64,000 nucleotides of DNA from the IMG/VR virus record IMGVR_UViG_3300044630_005137, positions 32,001 to 96,000 of that record; one strand, 5' to 3'. The DNA is from a virus. The notes beneath the pieces are model-generated. The model did not search any database and was not told where the DNA came from. It was given only the letters and a program-made list of their open reading frames with translations. The translations under genes and the position numbers were made by a program. The number at the start of each line of letters is the position of its first letter. Within the stretch, counting starts at the first letter, position 1. Positions 58,495-64,000 of the stretch are shown piece after piece.

Positions 58495-60219
58495 TTATTT
58501 AATTAGTGTTCCAACAACGACAACTTCAGTGTTAGCGTTTGCTGGGGTTACTCTAATTCTTACATCTGATCCAGAGTAATCTGCTGTTACTGCAGCTAAT
58601 TCTGTTCCGTTTGAATATGTAATTCCATATTCAGAAACTGCTACATTGTTTGCAGTATCAAGTGTTACTACTAAGTCTGAGACCTGAGTATGCACACCAT
58701 TCTTTACTTTAACTACAAACTTAGCGCTTCTGTAGTCTGCTGCTACCCATGAGATAGCTGTTGTTTCTGCTGCCACTGCAATGTTTCCAGTTGTTGCTGC
58801 AACCTGCTTAGCAACAGAGTTGTAATTAATTGCTGTAAATGATGTAGTTCCATTTTGCTGAGCAGTATTAGCTGCTGCTGCGGTTGCTTCTGCTGCTGCC
58901 TGAGCTGCGTTAGCCTTAGTTGTTGCATCTGATGCGGCTGTTGAAACTGCTGTTGCTACGTTTGCTGTAGTTGCTAGAAGTGAAGTATCTGCAATACCGT
59001 GAATGTTTGTTGTATCTGCACTATGTGCTGAAAGAGCAGAGGCTGCGGTTGCTTCTGCTGCTGCTTGAGCTGCGTTAGCCTTTGAAGTAGCATCTGTTGC
59101 TGCTGCTGAGATAGCTGCTGCTTGGGCTGCGTTAGCCTTTGAAGTTGCATCTGCTGCTGCGGTTGCTTCTGCTGCTGCTTGAGCTGCGTCTGCTTCACCC
59201 TTAGCAAATGCTGTAGTTGCAATTTGAGTTGTATTGGTATCTGCTGCTGCAGTTGGTGCAGTAGGTGTGCCAGTAAGCGCTGGGGAGGCAAGTGGTGCCT
59301 TTGTTCCAAGAGCTGTTGTAATAGTTGTTGTGTAATTAGCATCATCATTTATTGCTGCTGCTAATTCATTTAATGTGTTAAGAAGTGATGGTGCTCCATC
59401 AACAAGGCCATCTACTGCGGTTGCAATTGCTGTGCCAGCTGCTGTTGCGGCTGCTGAGATAGCGGCTGCTTGTGCTGCGTTGGCCTTAGTTGTTGCGTCT
59501 GCTGCTGCTGCTGAGATAGCTGCTGCTTGAGCTGCGTTAGCCTTAGTTGTTGCGTCTGCTGCTGCGGTTGCTTCTGCTGCTGCTTGTGCTGCGTTAGCCT
59601 TTGTAGTAGCATCTGTCGCTGCTGCTGTAGTTGCTGCTGACTGGGCTGCGTTAGCCTTAGTTGTAGCATCTGATGCTGCTGCTGAGATTGCTGCTGCTTG
59701 TGCTGCGTTAGCCTTAGTTGTAGCGTCTGCTGCTGCGGTTGAAACTGAAGCTGCGTCGCCTGAAACTCTAAGTGCTGCTTCTGCTGCTACCTTAGTTGTT
59801 GCATCTGTTGCTGCTGCTGTAGTTGCTGCTGACTGTGCTGCTGCTGCTGAGCCTGCTGCATCGTATGCTGCGGCTGTTGCTGAAAGTGCACGAGCATCTG
59901 TAAAATATTTGTTTGCTGCATTTTCTGCAAGATCCGCTGTGTCATGATTTGAAAGACTTGAAACTGTACCTGTTACATCACCAGTAAGATTACCAACAAA
60001 TGTAGCAGTAATTGTTCCTGCAGCAAAGTTGCCATTGGCATCGCGTTTTACTACGGTATTTGCTGTATTGGCTGAAGTTGCTGTACCACCAATAAGACCA
60101 ACAATGTAGTCTTGGTCTGCTTGGGCCTTGGTTAATACACCAAAACCGTTAACGGTAGCTGTGCCACCCTCAACGATAAGACCATTTTTAATTCTAAAGT
60201 TTTTGTTTACTGTTGCCAT
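58495..60219 (-). CDS. Ala/Thr-rich fibre protein with 19-residue repeats
   Basis: About nine xDAT(T/S)KANAAQ units; LNTLNELAAA.NDDAN and KAPLASP fibre modules; C-terminal YRSAKFVV domain. Confidence 0.8.
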   Translation of the reverse strand: MATVNKNFRIKNGLIVEGGTATVNGFGVLTKAQADQDYIVGLIGGTATSANTANTVVKRDANGNFAAGTITATFVGNLTGDVTGTVSSLSNHDTADLAENAANKYFTDARALSATAAAYDAAGSAAAAQSAATTAAATDATTKVAAEAALRVSGDAASVSTAAADATTKANAAQAAAISAAASDATTKANAAQSAATTAAATDATTKANAAQAAAEATAAADATTKANAAQAAAISAAAADATTKANAAQAAAISAAATAAGTAIATAVDGLVDGAPSLLNTLNELAAAINDDANYTTTITTALGTKAPLASPALTGTPTAPTAAADTNTTQIATTAFAKGEADAAQAAAEATAAADATSKANAAQAAAISAAATDATSKANAAQAAAEATAASALSAHSADTTNIHGIADTSLLATTANVATAVSTAASDATTKANAAQAAAEATAAAANTAQQNGTTSFTAINYNSVAKQVAATTGNIAVAAETTAISWVAADYRSAKFVVKVKNGVHTQVSDLVVTLDTANNVAVSEYGITYSNGTELAAVTADYSGSDVRIRVTPANANTEVVVVGTLIK

Positions 60220-60246
60220 TGATATGACTCCCTTTTACTGCTTTTT

Positions 60247-60798
60247 TTATGCTTTTAGTGCTGTTCTAAAATATCTTACTTTTATTGATCCTGAAACAGG
60301 TGTTACGCATAGACTTATTATACCGCTATTTTCTTCAAAAGTAACTGTAGCTAGTGATAAATCTGTGTTTGATACTATGTCTGATTCTGATATGTAAACA
60401 TTGGTTCCATCGTTAAGCAAAACAATAGTTGAAGTATGTGTTAGATTTCCAACAGACTTATCAATCTGCAATGTATATCTAACTGTCTTATACACTGTCT
60501 TGGAAAATGAGTCTATAGTTGTTTTATTTTCTATGCCGTCTATAGTAAGATCGTTGTTTCCGTCCAAACCTAGTATCTCTGAAGCATTTTCTGCATCTAG
60601 AGTTGCTAGGTTTGCCTGAAGCTGACTTACTTTATAGTCTATAGAGTTTACATCTGTTGATCCGTTGACACCAAGTTTGTTTTCAATTGCCTCAATTGCA
60701 TCATTGACGTTACCATGCAGCGTTGCATGGCCTTCCATTGATTCGGTAGCGGCAGGATTTGTAAGGTTATCTTTTGATGTTGGGTAGCTAGTTGCCAA
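60247..60798 (-). CDS. Virion structural protein
   Basis: MATSYPTS.D...H...H...NDAI.AIE.KLG N-terminus; C-terminal domain similar to that of 58495-60219. Confidence 0.65.
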   Translation of the reverse strand: MATSYPTSKDNLTNPAATESMEGHATLHGNVNDAIEAIENKLGVNGSTDVNSIDYKVSQLQANLATLDAENASEILGLDGNNDLTIDGIENKTTIDSFSKTVYKTVRYTLQIDKSVGNLTHTSTIVLLNDGTNVYISESDIVSNTDLSLATVTFEENSGIISLCVTPVSGSIKVRYFRTALKA

Positions 60799-61165
60799 TT
60801 TGTCCTCCGTCCAACAGTGTTAATTCTGTATAGCTTGCATTTGCGTACGATGATGTTGGAGTGCCACCGTCTAGACCAATTATAGCAGGATTAGTTTCTA
60901 AAACGCTTGCATTATTGTTAACATCTTCAGAAAAGTTTATTGTTTCTTGAAGATTAACTGTATGTACATTTCCATCATAAGAGTGAGTGTGCATATAAAA
61001 TGGAGCGGGATCAGAAGAGCCAGGAGTTAAGTCAACCCACACTGCACCGTTGTAAATCTTAATGTTTTTACTTGTTACATTAAAATAAACATCTCCAGTT
61101 GATCCGCTCAAAGGATCTTCTGCAAGTGTAAGGAGATTTAATAATGACTTGAACTTTTTGGCCAT
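60788..61165 (-). CDS. Small virion structural protein
   Basis: DP.....GDVYFN....IKIYNG..W fibre motif; LDGG repeats. Confidence 0.6.
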   Translation of the reverse strand: MAKKFKSLLNLLTLAEDPLSGSTGDVYFNVTSKNIKIYNGAVWVDLTPGSSDPAPFYMHTHSYDGNVHTVNLQETINFSEDVNNNASVLETNPAIIGLDGGTPTSSYANASYTELTLLDGGQIGN

Positions 61166-61174
61166 TTGAAATCC

Positions 61175-62455
61175 TTATCCTATTACAACTACTCTATATT
61201 CTCCAGATGCTGGTGCAACTGCAAATTTGATAGTTACAACTGAATCTGATGTATGCTCAACATCTGCCTCTATTTGTGCATATGGTGAAGCAACTTCATA
61301 AATAGCAGTCACTATATCTTTTGTACCCAAATTGTGAGTTACTGTATAAGATGTTGCTGATGTGTTAAGGGTTGTCTTATACTTTCTTGTTATCTCATGA
61401 TAATTTGTGCCGTCATTTGTTAATGTCCATTGGTCTGCCGCCTCATTCCATAAAACTTCTACATCTGCAGAGGTTCCACGGTTTACCTTAAGACCAGCAT
61501 CTGCTGATGGAGCTCCAGTAACATTTGTATTAAGAACAACTTTATTGTCAACAATATTAACTTCTGTTGTGCTTATAGAGTTAATAGATCCTTGAACATC
61601 AAGGTTTCCGCCAATGCTTAAGTTACCAGTAACTGTTACATCATCTGGCAAGCCAATAGTTACTGCTGCTGATTCTGATCCAGATCCTGAAACTGTAATT
61701 TCTCCAGATGTTCCAGCAATTGTTGAAACATAGCTTCCAGTCGTGTCAGTACCAAGAGCAACTGAGTTTGGCTCAATTGTTGTTGATATTGTAACATCGC
61801 CCAAATTGGTCATTGTTGCAGAACCAGTTACATCTCCTGAAAGTGTAATTACTGGATCTTTATTAAGAGATACCGCTCCTGCTGTAACTGTAAAATCTGT
61901 TGAGCTAAATGAAGCAACACCCTTATTTGTGTATGTTGCATCTTCTGCAGATACTGTAATTGTGTTATTTGTTACCGCTACGTCAATTCCCTCTCCGCCA
62001 GCTACTGTAATAGTATCTGTAAGAAGGTCAACTGTATCTGTTCCTGTATCTCCAGCAACTGAAAGATTAGTTGCTACGTTTACTGTTCCAGCTGCAGTCA
62101 AACGACCTTGAGCGTCAACTGTAAATGTAGGAATTGCTGTTGTTGATCCGTATGATCCAGCAGTTACTGCTGTATCATTAAGCTTTAATGTTGTTGTGCC
62201 TGCGGTATCGTCGTATGTTGCGGTTAAAGCTGTTCCTGCTAATACGGACGAACCAATAATGTCTTGAATTACTTCTGTAGAACCAGATGCAGGTGTCCAC
62301 TCTGTTCCATTGTAGAAGTAAAGAATGTTTGTGCCAGTATTGTAGTATATTTGACCAGATACTGGATTTGAAGGCGCTGAGCCTAAGTTTTGTATTCTAG
62401 CATTGAGCAACTCATTCTTGTTGAGATCAACGCTAACTAAAAATTTTCTTGCCAT
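61175..62455 (-). CDS. Tail fibre-like structural protein
   Basis: APSNPVSGQIYYN...YNGTEW, VTAGSYG...TVDAQGRLTAA, LSGDVTGS, VTHNLGT.D. Confidence 0.75.
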   Translation of the reverse strand: MARKFLVSVDLNKNELLNARIQNLGSAPSNPVSGQIYYNTGTNILYFYNGTEWTPASGSTEVIQDIIGSSVLAGTALTATYDDTAGTTTLKLNDTAVTAGSYGSTTAIPTFTVDAQGRLTAAGTVNVATNLSVAGDTGTDTVDLLTDTITVAGGEGIDVAVTNNTITVSAEDATYTNKGVASFSSTDFTVTAGAVSLNKDPVITLSGDVTGSATMTNLGDVTISTTIEPNSVALGTDTTGSYVSTIAGTSGEITVSGSGSESAAVTIGLPDDVTVTGNLSIGGNLDVQGSINSISTTEVNIVDNKVVLNTNVTGAPSADAGLKVNRGTSADVEVLWNEAADQWTLTNDGTNYHEITRKYKTTLNTSATSYTVTHNLGTKDIVTAIYEVASPYAQIEADVEHTSDSVVTIKFAVAPASGEYRVVVIG

Positions 62456-62466
62456 TTGCTATCTCC

Positions 62467-62907
62467 TTATGACAGGTATGCTGTCCCTGAAAATGGTTGA
62501 GCCATAGTCAGTGTTAATTGATTAGTACTATTGTAGTCTATTCCAGTTTCCAAAATATCTCCTGCACTAGATTTGACGGTAACGTTTGGTTGGTATCCAA
62601 GACCGTGACTAATGACAACAGAATATACTCCTAACGCTGGTCCAGTAACTTGAGCAAGTTCCCAAGCATAGGCCAGAGTGTTATTTGTTAAGAATATCTT
62701 ATTCGATCCTGACCAAGATGAGTCAGAAATTTTTGGACCGTGAAAAGCTGCAGATGTTGTATCAAAATAAAAATCTCCAGTAAGGCCTAAATTTGCTGCT
62801 GGGTCTCCAGAACCATTTAGGATTGTTCTTCCTCTTACTCCTTGCGGGCCTGGGGAAGATACTATAACTTTATTTATTTGCTCTTTAACAACTACGGACT
62901 CAACCAT
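62467..62907 (-). CDS. Virion structural protein
   Basis: PGPQG.RG, G.P....G..GDFY.D, I.HGLG..PNVTV. Confidence 0.65.
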   Translation of the reverse strand: MVESVVVKEQINKVIVSSPGPQGVRGRTILNGSGDPAANLGLTGDFYFDTTSAAFHGPKISDSSWSGSNKIFLTNNTLAYAWELAQVTGPALGVYSVVISHGLGYQPNVTVKSSAGDILETGIDYNSTNQLTLTMAQPFSGTAYLS

Positions 62908-63254
62908 TATATAGTTACCGATCTATTTAGGGTAATAAACCCTTCAAGGAGCTTTATTTTATTCGCATTAGAATCTACGACCATAATGTCATATACTGAC
63001 TTTGGATAAAAGAGTTTGTTTGTTTGTGTTGGTGTAAGGGTTACAGTTAATTTACCAAGGTAACCATTTATTACAATGCCGCCACTTGGAGATGTTAAAG
63101 TTACTGCTAACTTAGTTCCACCTTTTACGTCACGTACCTGCATTTTTGCAGATGCGCCAGTTAGATCAATCGCATTCTCATTTTCGTCTTTATATTCTAC
63201 TACAAAGCTGAATGTTGCATTTTGATCTACTTCGAAATTCTTTTGTCCTGCCAT
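62907..63254 (-). CDS. Ig-like baseplate/fibre attachment protein
   Basis: DQ.ATF......DLTG.SA.MQVR...YDI.......KLLEG pattern. Confidence 0.65.
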   Translation of the reverse strand: MAGQKNFEVDQNATFSFVVEYKDENENAIDLTGASAKMQVRDVKGGTKLAVTLTSPSGGIVINGYLGKLTVTLTPTQTNKLFYPKSVYDIMVVDSNANKIKLLEGFITLNRSVTI

Positions 63255-63276
63255 TTGCCATAGTCTCCTAAATAGG

Positions 63277-63310
63277 AATACTCCTGTACTAATTTTAGCA
63301 CAGGAGTATT
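63277..63310. promoter_or_regulatory. Long hairpin containing an extended -10 promoter (TGCTAAAAT, 63292-63300)
   Basis: AATACTCCTGT / ACAGGAGTATT arms, extendable inward through a G-U pair; may act as both terminator and promoter. Confidence 0.6.
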
Positions 63311-63325
63311 TCTAATTGACTGTTT

Positions 63326-63559
63326 TTACTTTTTAGTGAAACCAAACGATGCTTCGTTCGGATTAAGTGCTTTCAAAATTACGGGTGCTGTGGCAGCAAA
63401 TCCGCCCAATAGTAGGTCTCTTGGACTAGTGTTGCCAGTCATATATAGAGCAATTGCTGCTCCTAGAAAATGACGTCCATAACTTGCTAGTGCTGCTAGA
63501 ATTTTCTCTTGCATTGTAACCTTTCCATCTCCATTAAGATCTTCTTTAGCTTTTGCCAT
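63326..63559 (-). CDS. Holin-like membrane protein with an EF-hand-like loop
   Basis: 77 aa, two hydrophobic helices, LNPN...FG tail; DLNGDGKVTMQE near the N-terminus. Confidence 0.55.
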   Translation of the reverse strand: MAKAKEDLNGDGKVTMQEKILAALASYGRHFLGAAIALYMTGNTSPRDLLLGGFAATAPVILKALNPNEASFGFTKK

Positions 63560-63622
63560 TTTTGATCCTCCTTATTTCTAAGCGGGAAGCCTAGGAATTT
63601 TGAGCCTTAGCCCAATTCTATA

Positions 63623-63631
63623 ATTGTACCA
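63623..63631 (-). promoter_or_regulatory. Extended -10 promoter TGGTACAAT
   Basis: Motif copy immediately after the RNR stop codon. Confidence 0.6.
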
Positions 63632-64000
63632 CTATGCGCTAATATCTACCAATTCGCAATTACCATCAGAGCTACATGCAAGCGTTGCATTTGTAGAAGT
63701 ACCATCTTCTAGCTCGTAGAAAGATAAATCTTCCCATCTAATGCTTTTAGGCATCTTTGATACCAGATCTTCATATTCTTCTTTTGAAACCTCTTGGTAT
63801 GGGGCTTGCTTGTAAGAGTGATCAGAGTATGGAAGAAAAGAAATTCCAGAAAGATCGTCAAAGTTTTTATATACCCAGGAACCCACTTCCATCCACTCTT
63901 CGTCTTTTACAGATACTGTAATTGATGGCTTATGATCGCACCAAGCCTTTTGGTATATCATCCAAAGCTCAAGGTGCTCTATGGCTGTAAGGTCTTTTCT
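63632..64000 (-). CDS. nrdJ: Class II (B12-dependent) ribonucleotide reductase, C-terminal fragment
   Basis: WCDHKPSITVS, SGISFLP, Y.QAPYQE and terminal ACSSDGNCE Cys pair; the frame is open to the window edge. Confidence 0.85.
   Translation of the reverse strand, partial: RKDLTAIEHLELWMIYQKAWCDHKPSITVSVKDEEWMEVGSWVYKNFDDLSGISFLPYSDHSYKQAPYQEVSKEEYEDLVSKMPKSIRWEDLSFYELEDGTSTNATLACSSDGNCELVDISA

Noticed and set aside
58743-59669. Gln-rich (QQQ) alternative-frame ORFs
   Set aside because: They are frame-shifted readings of GCA-rich Ala codons in the fibre gene.
23-62111. Numerous short plus-strand ORFs in the track
   Set aside because: All lie antisense to well-supported minus-strand genes and lack motifs or ribosome-binding sites.

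Overview
This window is a 64 kb slice of an AT-rich, large tailed dsDNA phage genome with a long non-contractile tail (siphovirus-type gene set). Every supported gene is on the minus strand. In transcription order (high to low coordinate) it holds: the C-terminus of a class II ribonucleotide reductase; a holin-like gene; a block of tail/virion fibre genes; a fibronectin-III (Fn3) protein with 31 tandem PP(F/H)F repeats; a cassette of seven prolyl-4-hydroxylase-like 2OG-Fe(II) oxygenase paralogs (six intact, one degenerate) with two dUTPase-fold/DUF6065-like genes and a Cys-rich gene; a LamG protein; portal, prohead protease/scaffold, major capsid, neck and tail-tube genes; a frameshifted tail-assembly-chaperone pair; a 3890-aa tape measure protein carrying several cargo domains; tail-tip genes, including a second PP(F/H)F-repeat Fn3 protein; and a replication module (phosphoesterase, DnaB, DnaG, SSB-like, DnaE, RecA, resolvase-like, SSB). 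An actinobacterial host is inferred but not proven. The best candidate for an undescribed system is the pairing of PP(F/H)F-repeat virion proteins with the adjacent multi-paralog hydroxylase cassette, a possible post-translational modification pathway for virion fibres. The second is the tape measure protein built as a polyprotein of effector-like modules separated by [FY]xxGG motifs. All family assignments are by motif recognition only; no searches were run.
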